Of a stretch of DNA of 60,788 bases, positions 18,564 to 28,179 are shown piece after piece. The stretch is from Bacteroidota bacterium (GTDB lineage: Bacteria > Bacteroidota > Bacteroidia > Cytophagales > Cyclobacteriaceae). The position numbers were made by a program, and so were the translations under genes. The stretch is taken from positions 1-60,788 of the forward strand of contig JAHEMS010000001.1 in assembly GCA_024643595.1 (NCBI GenBank). Reading direction: 5' to 3'. Every line of letters begins with the position of its first letter. The stretch's first letter is position 1. The notes under the pieces were generated by a model. The model was not told where the DNA came from. It made no database searches and worked only from the letters and a program-made list of their open reading frames with translations.

Positions 18564-19187
18564 TCAGTTCACATATATGATCTTTAATTTGCCAAGTTCT
18601 TCCTTTAATTGTTCGGGCGATTGAAAATGAATTCCGGGCATACCTACTGCTTTGGCTCCTTCAATATTGCGTATGCTGTCATCGATAAATAATGAATTAG
18701 CTGGATTTACTCGATATCGGTCAAATAAAATCTGAAAGAATTCCGGAAAGGGTTTGCGCGTTTTTTCGTGTCCTGAAACCACAATGCCTTCAAACCAGTG
18801 AAGAAACTCGAATTGCTCCAGTGCCCATGGAAATGTTTGTTCCGACCAATTGGTAAGGGCGTATAATTTATACTTTTTTGAGTCGCGTATCGCTTTTAAA
18901 ATCTCTACCGTTCCATGGATAGGGCCGTTCATCGTTTCCTTCCAGCGGCCATACCACGCACGGATAGCGAACTCATGAGCAGGAAATTTTTGAAGTAATT
19001 CTTCTGTAGCGTCTTCGAAGGATCGGCCTGCATCTTGTTTTTCATTCCATTCATGGGTACAGATGTTTTCCAGAAACCAGGTAATCTCTTCTTCGGTATT
19101 GAATATTTTTCGGTAAAGATGCCTGGGATTCCAATCGATAAGAACGGCACCAAGGTCGAAGATGATGGTATCAATGTGATTATTCAT
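18564..19187 (-). CDS. HAD-family phosphatase (YihX-like)
   Basis: IFDLGAVL, ALTNW, RKP, FIDDS. Confidence 0.9.
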   Translation of the reverse strand: MNNHIDTIIFDLGAVLIDWNPRHLYRKIFNTEEEITWFLENICTHEWNEKQDAGRSFEDATEELLQKFPAHEFAIRAWYGRWKETMNGPIHGTVEILKAIRDSKKYKLYALTNWSEQTFPWALEQFEFLHWFEGIVVSGHEKTRKPFPEFFQILFDRYRVNPANSLFIDDSIRNIEGAKAVGMPGIHFQSPEQLKEELGKLKIIYVN

Positions 19188-19196
19188 AATTCATAT

Positions 19197-20012
19197 TTAG
19201 CGATGCGGGAACGCCCATTTTAAAAAATGGGGGAGCGCATCGCCCCATGTAGGGAGATTGTGTTCACCATCTTCCAGTTCCAGGTATTGGATGTCGTGAA
19301 AAGGTCGATATCCTTTTTTAGTCAGTTCTACTATTAAATCAAGTGTATCATCGATGGAGTCTATAATGCCATTTTTGTTCCGGTCATTTTGTTCGTCCTT
19401 TTGCCCCGTCTGAAACCAAAATGAAATGCCAGGTTTATATCTGCCCCTGCGAATTACCTGGTGCATAATTCGATCGCGATAATCAGAGTACAGCCTGCTT
19501 TTGGTGTCACGCTTTCGCCACCAGAAAGATCCACTAAACACGCCTACTTTTCCAAAGTAATCTGTATGATGCCAGGCAATATCCAACGCGGACAATCCCC
19601 CCAGGGAAAATCCGGCAATTACATTCTCTTTAGGGGATTTTGAAATGGAATAGCGATAATGAAGATAGGGAATCAATTCCATCATGATGAAACGAGTGTA
19701 TTCTTTTGCTTTTGATCCACGTCCTTTAAAATCCGCTTGGTTGGCAATACCATATTCATGCATCCGGTCACCGGCATATACAGCGACAACAATTATATCG
19801 GGGATGTCCTTATTCAGCGTAAGTTTTTCAAGGGTCTTTTTGAGATGGATTGCCTCCGCGTCCTGCCCATCGTTTAGAATAAGAAGCGGGTAGTGTTTAT
19901 TTGCTTTTTCGTATTGAAACGGCAGAAAAATATCAACCACCGTATCTCGGTTAAGCAATTTGGAATGAATATCGGTGAGCTTTTCTAAATGGTAGTGATG
20001 TGACTGCGACAA
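19197..20012 (-). CDS. Esterase, alpha/beta hydrolase (Fes-like)
   Basis: LNDGQD, nucleophile elbow GFSLGG, FSGSFWW, GEHN; TTG start. Confidence 0.88.
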   Translation of the reverse strand: MSQSHHYHLEKLTDIHSKLLNRDTVVDIFLPFQYEKANKHYPLLILNDGQDAEAIHLKKTLEKLTLNKDIPDIIVVAVYAGDRMHEYGIANQADFKGRGSKAKEYTRFIMMELIPYLHYRYSISKSPKENVIAGFSLGGLSALDIAWHHTDYFGKVGVFSGSFWWRKRDTKSRLYSDYRDRIMHQVIRRGRYKPGISFWFQTGQKDEQNDRNKNGIIDSIDDTLDLIVELTKKGYRPFHDIQYLELEDGEHNLPTWGDALPHFLKWAFPHR

Positions 20013-20107
20013 GGAATGATAATTATTTTGATATTAGATTGAGTTTTCAGACTCTTTCTTCCGATTTTTCTAACAACTTTAAACTCAAAATTAACAATAG
20101 ATTGCGT

Positions 20108-20818
20108 ATGCCACACGAACATTATCACAAATGGTATTCTCCCCGGTTGAACCGTGACATTGAAGTGCTTGCCTTTGGAACCCGCGGATACCCGGTTATT
20201 CTGTTTCCAACTTCTATGGGGCATTATTATGAGAATAAAGATTTTAAACTAATCGATAGTGTCAATTGGTTTTTGGACGAAGGACTGGTGAAAATTTATT
20301 GTGTTGATGGAATCGATGAACACAGTTGGTATAACAGAAATATTCATCCTGGAGATCGTGCCAGGAACCACCATTGGTATGATCAGATGCTTTATCACGA
20401 ATTGGTTCCGTTGGCACAACAAGAAACGGGTGTGGGAAGAGTGGCTACCGCGGGATGTAGTTTTGGAGGATATCACGCAACGAATTTTGCATTTAAACAT
20501 CCTGACGTGGTGAAATACGTGTTTAACATGGGGGCGGCTTTTGACATCCGTGATCAGACGGATGGGCACTATGATGATCAGGTCTATTTCAATAATCCGA
20601 TGGATTTTTTGCCAAACGCACAAAGTGATTTCTTTCATGATATGTTCGTGGTGTTGGGAACGGGCACGCGAGATATGTGCTGGAACGCTAATGAGCGAAT
20701 GGCCGAAATTTTAAGAAACAAGGGAATCAATCATTGGCTGGATGTTCGTCAGGATGCTGAACATGATTGGCCTGTATGGAAACAAATGTTCCCACATTAT
20801 TTATCATTGATTAAATAG
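20108..20818 (+). CDS. Esterase-family alpha/beta hydrolase
   Basis: LFPTSMG, GCSFGG, HDWPVW; ATG 20108 chosen to avoid overlap with the divergent gene. Confidence 0.88.
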   Translation: MPHEHYHKWYSPRLNRDIEVLAFGTRGYPVILFPTSMGHYYENKDFKLIDSVNWFLDEGLVKIYCVDGIDEHSWYNRNIHPGDRARNHHWYDQMLYHELVPLAQQETGVGRVATAGCSFGGYHATNFAFKHPDVVKYVFNMGAAFDIRDQTDGHYDDQVYFNNPMDFLPNAQSDFFHDMFVVLGTGTRDMCWNANERMAEILRNKGINHWLDVRQDAEHDWPVWKQMFPHYLSLIK

Positions 20819-20820
20819 TC

Positions 20821-21756
20821 ATGTTTAATCGCCTTTTGTTTTTTTTCCTTTTATTCCCATTTGGCGTAATCGGGACAACAATAAACCATGGCGAAGCAAT
20901 TGAGATTGGGGGGATAAAGCAATGGGTTAAATTTCAGGGAGAAGATGATCAGGCGCCCGTTTTACTTTTTCTTCACGGAGGACCTGGTAATTCAGTGATG
21001 AGTTACGCGGACCGTTTCACGAAGGAATTGCAAAAACATTTTGTTGTTGTTAATTGGGACCAACGACAAAGTGGACAAACTGCATTAATGAATAAGTCAA
21101 CGGAATTGTTAACTGTTTCACTTTTTGTGAGTGATGGTATCGAACTTATTAATTTTCTTAAGCTCAGATTTTCAAAAGAAAAAATTTACCTCATGGGCCA
21201 TAGCTGGGGTGGTTATTTGGGCCTTCTTTTGGCTGTGGCAAGACCAGATTTGCTAGACGCGTATTTTGCCATAAATCCAATGATCTATCAAATAGAAAGC
21301 GAGCAGCTTTCGTTGCAAGCCATGTATGCTATGGCAAACAATGAGAATAATCAAGAAGCTGTAATAGAACTTGATAAAGTCGAGATTCCATTTAAAAGTT
21401 GGGAACAGCTATATTATCACCGAATGTGGCTGAGTAAGCTAATGAAGACAACTTCGCCTACCCGATCAAAAGTTGAACATTGGTCAGCGGTTTGGCTAAG
21501 CCTGTTCAATGAAGCTTCTGCTACCAATCTTTTTGAATTTGCCCCAGCATTAAATTGCCCTGCATATTTCCTTATTGGAGCCAACGACTTTCAAACACAT
21601 TATTCATTGGCAGAATCTTATTATCATAAAGTAATTTGCAAGGAAAAAAAACTATATTGGTTTTCCGATTCTGCGCATAATCCACACCTGACGGAGTCTG
21701 AAAAATTTCAAAAAATTGTAGTGGATATTGGGAATAAAAAACGTAATCAGCAATAA
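20821..21756 (+). CDS. Secreted alpha/beta hydrolase (proline iminopeptidase-like)
   Basis: Hydrophobic N-terminus, LHGGPG, WDQR, GHSWGG, SAHNPH. Confidence 0.85.
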   Translation: MFNRLLFFFLLFPFGVIGTTINHGEAIEIGGIKQWVKFQGEDDQAPVLLFLHGGPGNSVMSYADRFTKELQKHFVVVNWDQRQSGQTALMNKSTELLTVSLFVSDGIELINFLKLRFSKEKIYLMGHSWGGYLGLLLAVARPDLLDAYFAINPMIYQIESEQLSLQAMYAMANNENNQEAVIELDKVEIPFKSWEQLYYHRMWLSKLMKTTSPTRSKVEHWSAVWLSLFNEASATNLFEFAPALNCPAYFLIGANDFQTHYSLAESYYHKVICKEKKLYWFSDSAHNPHLTESEKFQKIVVDIGNKKRNQQ

Positions 21757-21816
21757 AATAATACTGAATTGTACCACCCTAAAACAGGGTCATCATTAAA
21801 TAATAAATTATAACAT

Positions 21817-22833
21817 ATGAAAAAGATAGGAATACTACACGGTATGGAGCGCTCTTTCCCTGAAGCTTTTGTTGAACGCGTGAACACGATGGGATTTAAA
21901 GACATCAAAGCCGAGCCGGTTAAGGTAGATATGGTGCAGCAAGGTAAACCCACCGATTATGCGGTTATCATTGACCGGATATCTCAGGATGTTCCATTCT
22001 ACAGGGCCTATCTAAAAAACGCGGCTATTTCAGGAACCGCAGTAATTAACAATCCTTTCTGGTGGAGTGCCGATGAGAAATTTTTTAATAATGCCCTGGC
22101 TGTAAAACTAGGAGTGCCGGTTCCTAAGACCGTATTATTACCATCACACGAGCGACCAATCGACACAGGAGAAGCCTCTTTTAGCAATCTTACGTTTCCT
22201 TTGAGTTGGGAAAAAATATTTGAACACATCGGTTGGCCTGCCTACATGAAACCTCATGCTGGCGGTGGATGGAAAAGTGTATACAAACTCAATGATCAGG
22301 AAGACTTTTTCAAAGCATACAGCGAAACCGGTCAATTGGTAATGATGCTTCAGGAGGAGATTATATTTGATGATTATTTTCGTTGCTACTGCCTAGGACG
22401 GAAGCATGTTCGAATCATGCAATACGAACCTCGAAATCCGCATCATTTGCGGTATCAGAGTGCAAAAGGTCCGGCTTCAGAGAAATTATTAAAAAAAGTG
22501 AATGATTATGTGCTCGAGCTTTGTAACGCATTAGGCTACGATTTCAATACAGTTGAAATGGCTGTACGTGATGGTGTACCTTACGCGATCGATTTTTGCA
22601 ATCCGGCGCCAGATGCCGATATCAATTCTGTAGGTCAGGAAAACTTTGACTGGGTGGTTGAAACTTCAGCTAGAATTGCTGTTGACAGGGCACAGCAACA
22701 ACAACCTGGCAAGGACAACCTAACTTGGGGAACATTTATATCCAATGCCGTGGGAGACGAAATGAAGGTTGCCAAATCAGTTGTTAAAGCACCTTCAAAA
22801 AGAGTGGCAAAACCAAAAACACCTAAAAAATAA
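21817..22833 (+). CDS. RimK-like ATP-grasp ligase
   Basis: VINNP, VPVPKT, KPHAGGGWK, LQEEI, EMAVRDG...IDFCNP. Confidence 0.85.
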   Translation: MKKIGILHGMERSFPEAFVERVNTMGFKDIKAEPVKVDMVQQGKPTDYAVIIDRISQDVPFYRAYLKNAAISGTAVINNPFWWSADEKFFNNALAVKLGVPVPKTVLLPSHERPIDTGEASFSNLTFPLSWEKIFEHIGWPAYMKPHAGGGWKSVYKLNDQEDFFKAYSETGQLVMMLQEEIIFDDYFRCYCLGRKHVRIMQYEPRNPHHLRYQSAKGPASEKLLKKVNDYVLELCNALGYDFNTVEMAVRDGVPYAIDFCNPAPDADINSVGQENFDWVVETSARIAVDRAQQQQPGKDNLTWGTFISNAVGDEMKVAKSVVKAPSKRVAKPKTPKK

Positions 22834-22859
22834 CACCTCGTCTCTAGGGATATTCGTCT

Positions 22860-23957
22860 ATGGAAAAATTTACACTGGGAGTAGAAGAGGAGTATATGGT
22901 GGTGGACCCGCAAACACGCGAGTTGGCATCCCATGATCAAAAAATAGTGGAGCTGGCATCACTGGACGGCAAAGACAATGTAAAGGCGGAGATGCATCAG
23001 GCGGTAGTCGAAGTGGGTACGGGCATCTGTAAAGATGTAAATCAGGCATTTGAAGAAATAAGAGGCTTGAGAAAATTAGTATCTGATATTGCTGGTTCAT
23101 TAAACCTAAGAATTGGTGCGGCAGGAACTCACCCGTTCTCTCATTGGAGCAAGCAATTGATAACGCCAAATCCTCGCTATGACGAAATTGTTCAGGAAAT
23201 GCAGGAGGCCGCCCGATCAAATTTAATTTTTGGATTGCATGTACATGTGGGCATTACCGATAAGAATATGGCGATTCATATTCAAAACACAGTTCGGTAT
23301 TTTTTACCACATGTGTATGCACTTTCTTGCAACTCTCCATTTTGGGAGGGACGCGACACCGGATTCAAATCGTTTCGCACAAAGGTGTTTGATAAATTTC
23401 CTCGCACGGGGATTCCTGATCGCTTCGAAAGTTGGGATGACTTCAAGAACTACGTAAACCTTCTGATTAAGACAAACTGCATCGATAATGCAAAAAAAAT
23501 ATGGTGGGATGTGCGAGTGCATCCCTTCTTTGATACCATTGAATTCAGAATATGTGATGTTCCAATGCGTGTTGAAGAGACCATTGCCATCACTGCAGTA
23601 TTTCAGGCGCTGGTAGTTAAGTTGTACAAACTAAGGCTTCAGAACATGAGTTTCATTATGTACACCAGAGCCCTCATCAATGAGAATAAGTGGAGAGCGT
23701 CACGTTATGGACTGGATGGTAAATTAATAGATTTTGGTAAACAGGTTGAATTAGATACGCGGGTGTTGATTCTGGAATTATTGGATTTCATTGATGATGT
23801 GGTGGATGAACTTGGCAGCCGCAATGCCATCAATTATATTCACGCGATTTTAGAACGAGGTACCGGTGCCGACCGGCAATTAGCTGTATTTCAACAAACC
23901 GGTAGCCTGGAGAAAGTAGTGGATTATATATTGAGTGAAACTCTGGAGGGAGTTTAA
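22860..23957 (+). CDS. ybdK: Carboxylate-amine ligase (YbdK / glutamate-cysteine ligase family 2)
   Basis: GVEEEY, AGTHPF, FGLHVHVG, NSPFWEG, WWDVR, TIEFRICD, NKWRASRYG. Confidence 0.92.
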   Translation: MEKFTLGVEEEYMVVDPQTRELASHDQKIVELASLDGKDNVKAEMHQAVVEVGTGICKDVNQAFEEIRGLRKLVSDIAGSLNLRIGAAGTHPFSHWSKQLITPNPRYDEIVQEMQEAARSNLIFGLHVHVGITDKNMAIHIQNTVRYFLPHVYALSCNSPFWEGRDTGFKSFRTKVFDKFPRTGIPDRFESWDDFKNYVNLLIKTNCIDNAKKIWWDVRVHPFFDTIEFRICDVPMRVEETIAITAVFQALVVKLYKLRLQNMSFIMYTRALINENKWRASRYGLDGKLIDFGKQVELDTRVLILELLDFIDDVVDELGSRNAINYIHAILERGTGADRQLAVFQQTGSLEKVVDYILSETLEGV

Positions 23958-23994
23958 ACTTTGTAGAATTAGTAATATTAGTAAACAGAATAAG

Positions 23995-24834
23995 TTGTCT
24001 TCTGAAAATCAAATAAATATTGCCATCCTTGATCTCTACGAAGGAGTCGCCAATGAAGGCATGAGAGGCATACGGCAGCTCATTGAAGAATTTGAGGCTG
24101 ATTGCCACATGACAGTTAAATATCAATTCTTTGACCTCCGGCAAAAAGCCGAAATCGCTGACCTTAATTTTGATGTGTACATTTCTTCAGGTGGCCCTGG
24201 AAGTCCCCTTGAAAGTGAAGATAGTTTCTGGGAGCGGAAGTACTTCGGATTGATGGATGATATCAAAGCCTTTAACGAGCAACATCCTGATAAGAAAAAA
24301 CATGTACTATTGATATGCCATAGTTTTCAGATTTTTTGCAGGTATTATGGTTATGGGGCAGTATCAAAAAGAAAGTCGACTTCGTTTGGTGTAATGCCTG
24401 TGCACAAAACGTTTGAAGGCCACCATGATCCATTATTTCGCTCGCTCAGTGACCCTATGTGGGCAGTAGATTCCAGGGATTATCAGATAACCCAGGCAAA
24501 TGTGCAAAAGATTGAGGCCGGAGGTGGTGCTGTCCTTTGTATTGAAAAATATCGCCCTCATGTTGATTTGGAAAGAGCCATCATGGCAATTCGTTTTGAT
24601 GAAGCGTTTATAGGAATGCAATTTCATCCTGAAGCTGATGCCGTAGGGATGCGCATGTATTTACTACGTGAGGATAAAAAAGAAATAGTCATTGAAAAAT
24701 ACGGAGAAAAAAAATATTGGGATATGTTGGATCACCTCAACGATCCGGATAAGATTATGCTTACTTACTCTACTGTAGTGCCCCGATTTTTGATGATGGC
24801 ACTTCGTCATCGGTTAAGCTCAATTGCGCTATGA
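23995..24834 (+). CDS. Class I glutamine amidotransferase-like protein
   Basis: SGGPG oxyanion strand, nucleophile in ICHSFQ, QFHPE. Start uncertain; TTG 23995 chosen to avoid overlap with ybdK. Confidence 0.85.
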   Translation: MSSENQINIAILDLYEGVANEGMRGIRQLIEEFEADCHMTVKYQFFDLRQKAEIADLNFDVYISSGGPGSPLESEDSFWERKYFGLMDDIKAFNEQHPDKKKHVLLICHSFQIFCRYYGYGAVSKRKSTSFGVMPVHKTFEGHHDPLFRSLSDPMWAVDSRDYQITQANVQKIEAGGGAVLCIEKYRPHVDLERAIMAIRFDEAFIGMQFHPEADAVGMRMYLLREDKKEIVIEKYGEKKYWDMLDHLNDPDKIMLTYSTVVPRFLMMALRHRLSSIAL

Positions 24835-26027
24835 TTCCTGCTGCCCGAAAGTTATTTAATCAGCAATTTTCAGAACAGAAGTATTATGATTTTATAAAAG
24901 ATCTTGACCAGCAATTCAATTACAAAATTCCATTTCGCGTGGCTGAGAGCCCGGTATTCGTTGGGAGGGAATTCAGAGATAAACTTCTCAAAGCGGCGGA
25001 CGACATCATTGATTTTATTGTACGCCCTGATTTTAAATCATTGATGTCTGGTGCAATACCTCCTCAGATGTATGTGCCGGGTGAAGACGATCATACACTT
25101 TTTATAGCCTTGGATTTTGCCGTGTGTACTGAAAAAGGTAACTCCGAATTAGTGCCACGCCTGATTGAAATGCAGGGGTTCCCTTCCTTGTTTGGATACC
25201 AGGATTATTTGGGAAATAAATTCAGAGAGCATTATAATATACCAGGAAATTTAGGGTTTCATTTTGGTGAAAGTTCTGAATATTATTGGAAACAGTTACG
25301 TAATGCAATCGTGGGTAGTCACCACCCTGAAAACGTGATATTACTGGAGATCGATCCGACCAAACAAAATACCTATATCGACTTTCTTGTTACAAAGCAT
25401 CATTTGGGAATTGAGCCTGTTCATTTAGGGGACTTGATATTGCGTGGCAAAAAGCTTTTCTACAAAAAAGAAGGGGTGGAAATTCCTGTTCATCGTATTT
25501 ATAATCGCGTGATCTTTGATGAATTACTTGCGAAACCAGACTTGAAATCCGATTTCCATTTAACGGAAGAAGTTGATGTGGAATGGGCAGGACATCCAAA
25601 CTGGTTTTTCTATATCAGTAAATACACGATGCCGTTTTTGACTAGCGATGCGGTTCCCGAATGTAAATTCTTAAGTGATTACAGCGTGCTTCCGCCAGAT
25701 CTTGAAAACTATGTATTGAAGCCATTATTTTCTTTTTCAGGAAGCGGGGTGATTTTCAATTTAACACAAAGTGATATCCATAATATTCCAATCCATGAGC
25801 GGAGCAATTTTTTGTTGCAGCGCAAAGTCAATTATGAACCAGTAATTCAAGCGCCTGATGGATTGGTGAAAACGGAAATACGATTGCTTTTCCTGTGGGA
25901 TAAAGATGTTGTCCGCCCGAAACTAATTACCAACCTTGCTCGCCTTAGCCGTGGTGAAATGATTGGTGTGAAGTTTAATAAAGATAAAACCTGGGTAGGC
26001 GGTTCTGTATGTTTCGTTGAGAATTAA
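24831..26027 (+). CDS. Circularly permuted ATP-grasp protein
   Basis: N-terminal LDFAV...LIEMQ ligase core ahead of RIYNRV, VLKPLFSFSGSGV, LQRKV, EIRL; ATGA overlap with the upstream stop. Confidence 0.75.
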   Translation: MIPAARKLFNQQFSEQKYYDFIKDLDQQFNYKIPFRVAESPVFVGREFRDKLLKAADDIIDFIVRPDFKSLMSGAIPPQMYVPGEDDHTLFIALDFAVCTEKGNSELVPRLIEMQGFPSLFGYQDYLGNKFREHYNIPGNLGFHFGESSEYYWKQLRNAIVGSHHPENVILLEIDPTKQNTYIDFLVTKHHLGIEPVHLGDLILRGKKLFYKKEGVEIPVHRIYNRVIFDELLAKPDLKSDFHLTEEVDVEWAGHPNWFFYISKYTMPFLTSDAVPECKFLSDYSVLPPDLENYVLKPLFSFSGSGVIFNLTQSDIHNIPIHERSNFLLQRKVNYEPVIQAPDGLVKTEIRLLFLWDKDVVRPKLITNLARLSRGEMIGVKFNKDKTWVGGSVCFVEN

Positions 26028-26614
26028 TGTCTAGTCATCACATCATCCGTGAAAATCAGGAACCAGCTTTAATCATCGCTGATGCGCACGCCATTTCTTA
26101 TATAAAAATTCAGGAATTATTGGAGTGGATGCCGACAGTTGTTGTATTGTCATCGGAAGTTGACCAGGTAGTATCGTGGGGGATTAAAGTGGATGTTGTA
26201 ATTGCACCAATTTCTGAACTTAGCCATTGGCGAGATACATTGGTCGACCAAGCCCCAATAAAAATCATTTCCTATAATGACAGTGATGACCCATTGTCAA
26301 CGGCATTTTATTTTCTTATCGCTTCTAAGGCAACGGCAGTGAATTGCTTGGTGAGCAATCCGGGTGAACTCGCAAAACTTGAGCCTTTCAGGGTGCTCGA
26401 TATTGAAGCATTTACTGAAAATAAACTATGGAGTTATCTTAAGAACGGTCATTTTGAAAAGTGGGTACCGGCAGGAACTGTATTGTATCCGTTACCGGAT
26501 GATCTGAAATCCGAATTCATCGAATTTAGCAGCGGAAGCTATCAGACTAACAAAGAAGGCATTGTCAGTTTTAAATCAAACAGGTCTTTCTGGATAGGGG
26601 AGGAATTAATTTAA
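26027..26614 (+). CDS. Thiamine pyrophosphokinase-like protein, catalytic motifs degenerate
   Basis: MSSHHIIRENQEPALII, LLEW.P, GIKVDV, FEKW recall the Bacteroidota ThiN family; the GDFD motif is absent. Confidence 0.65.
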   Translation: MSSHHIIRENQEPALIIADAHAISYIKIQELLEWMPTVVVLSSEVDQVVSWGIKVDVVIAPISELSHWRDTLVDQAPIKIISYNDSDDPLSTAFYFLIASKATAVNCLVSNPGELAKLEPFRVLDIEAFTENKLWSYLKNGHFEKWVPAGTVLYPLPDDLKSEFIEFSSGSYQTNKEGIVSFKSNRSFWIGEELI

Positions 26615-26618
26615 CTGG

Positions 26619-27299
26619 TTATTCGATGAAGTCGAGTATCATTTGGAGATCAACTTTTTCAATGGGGTGAGGTGTATTTTTTAGTAAATAAAATTCACCG
26701 CCAGGCAACCAGTGGGCTACTTTTTCTGAATAGTTTCTGTCGGCCATGTCATCCTGATCGCCCAATAGTATTTTGCTTTTAATTTTTATTGATGCTATAA
26801 GCTCCTCTGTGAGCAGTGGTTTCTTGCCCAGATTATACATCATATCCGAAGTCTTTTTCATCAGTTCTTTCCAGTCATTCGGTTTATGCCGATGTTCCAG
26901 AATGCGGGCAAAGGCAGGAACCTTAGCTTGAATTTTTTCCGGATCCATTTTATTGATTTCCTTATTTGCTGAGGCTGGAGTCCAGTCAAACTTAGTACCG
27001 AGGGTAATTATACGACTCGCTCTTAACGGATATTGATGCGCTAAGAAAAATGCAACATATCCACCCATACTGTAACCGAAAATATCAATGACTTCTATCT
27101 TCTTATCATCAAGAAATTGAATGATACACCTGGCAAAGCCTTCAATGCCGAACCCATCTTTGGAAAACGGTTCTCCGCTATGCCCGGGGAAGTTCAATGA
27201 ATAGACTTTATTGCCATTTTGTTCAAGGTTTGTTTTCAGTAAATCCAACTGAGTCTTTGAGCCTAGGGCCCCATGTAACAACAGAATGGGTTTGGTCAT
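26619..27299 (-). CDS. Alpha/beta hydrolase
   Basis: LLHGALG, FPGHSG, GYSMGG, GDQD, TPHP. Confidence 0.88.
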   Translation of the reverse strand: MTKPILLLHGALGSKTQLDLLKTNLEQNGNKVYSLNFPGHSGEPFSKDGFGIEGFARCIIQFLDDKKIEVIDIFGYSMGGYVAFFLAHQYPLRASRIITLGTKFDWTPASANKEINKMDPEKIQAKVPAFARILEHRHKPNDWKELMKKTSDMMYNLGKKPLLTEELIASIKIKSKILLGDQDDMADRNYSEKVAHWLPGGEFYLLKNTPHPIEKVDLQMILDFIE

Positions 27300-28144
27300 A
27301 GTTGTGCTGAAATAATCCTGTCTTTATTGTCAAGATCCTTAATAAGTCGGATGGATTGAAAACCATGGTCCATAAAAATGTCGATCACGTTATTCCCAAA
27401 TTGTTCATTTATTTCAACCCAGACTGACCCTTCGGGATTCAATATCGTTTTACTTTTTAGTGCGATGGCTTTATAAAAAGCCAATGGATCGTCTGAAGGG
27501 GCAAACAACGCGAGGTGTGGTTCCTTTTCAATAACGTTTTTTTTCATTTTACCTTTTTCCTGCTCAGAGATGTAGGGTGGATTGCTGATGACCAAATCGA
27601 AATTTCCAAATAAAATATCGTTGGTTAGAATATTATGTTCATGGTAAATCACAGGGGCATTTAATTTCTTTGAATTTTGTAAGGCAACACCAATCGCTTC
27701 TTTACTTATATCAGTCGCTTGCACATTTGCTTGAGGAATTTCTAATGCCAATGTAATAGCAATACAGCCGCTACCAGTTCCGATATCCAATATTCTGACG
27801 TGATCTGATTTAATACTCATTAGTGCTCTTTTTATTTCATGGATCATTATTTCGGTTTCAGGTCGTGGAATAAGAACCGAAGAGTTTACACTAAATTTTC
27901 GGTTATAAAATTCAGCCTCCCCCAAAACATATTGGATAGGAGTATGCTCATTTATCTGTTTGATAAATGGTCTAAAATATGATGGTTGAATGCCTAAAAT
28001 TTTCTTTTCAGCAAGGATATCAGTTTTAGTTAATCCAATTTTCTTTTCAAGCAGTAAGAAAACGATGCTTTGTATCTCGGATTTATCCTCATCAAGCGTG
28101 ACCTGACTTATGAGATCGTTGTAAAGTTCTTTGGAATTGGTCAT
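27296..28144 (-). CDS. prmC: Release factor glutamine methyltransferase
   Basis: PIQYVLG, VLIPRPETE, LDIGTGSGCIA, SNPPY, EPHLALF. Confidence 0.96.
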   Translation of the reverse strand: MTNSKELYNDLISQVTLDEDKSEIQSIVFLLLEKKIGLTKTDILAEKKILGIQPSYFRPFIKQINEHTPIQYVLGEAEFYNRKFSVNSSVLIPRPETEIMIHEIKRALMSIKSDHVRILDIGTGSGCIAITLALEIPQANVQATDISKEAIGVALQNSKKLNAPVIYHEHNILTNDILFGNFDLVISNPPYISEQEKGKMKKNVIEKEPHLALFAPSDDPLAFYKAIALKSKTILNPEGSVWVEINEQFGNNVIDIFMDHGFQSIRLIKDLDNKDRIISAQL

Positions 28145-28179
28145 TGTGAAAATGATCTTTGCAATGTTACTAATTACTT

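Noticed and set aside
20000-20107. N-terminal extensions in the ORF track (also 3927..5033, 23935.., 29211..29708, 34363..34761, 50662..51264)
   Set aside because: They overlap neighbouring genes or promoters; downstream starts fit the family N-termini or signal peptides better.
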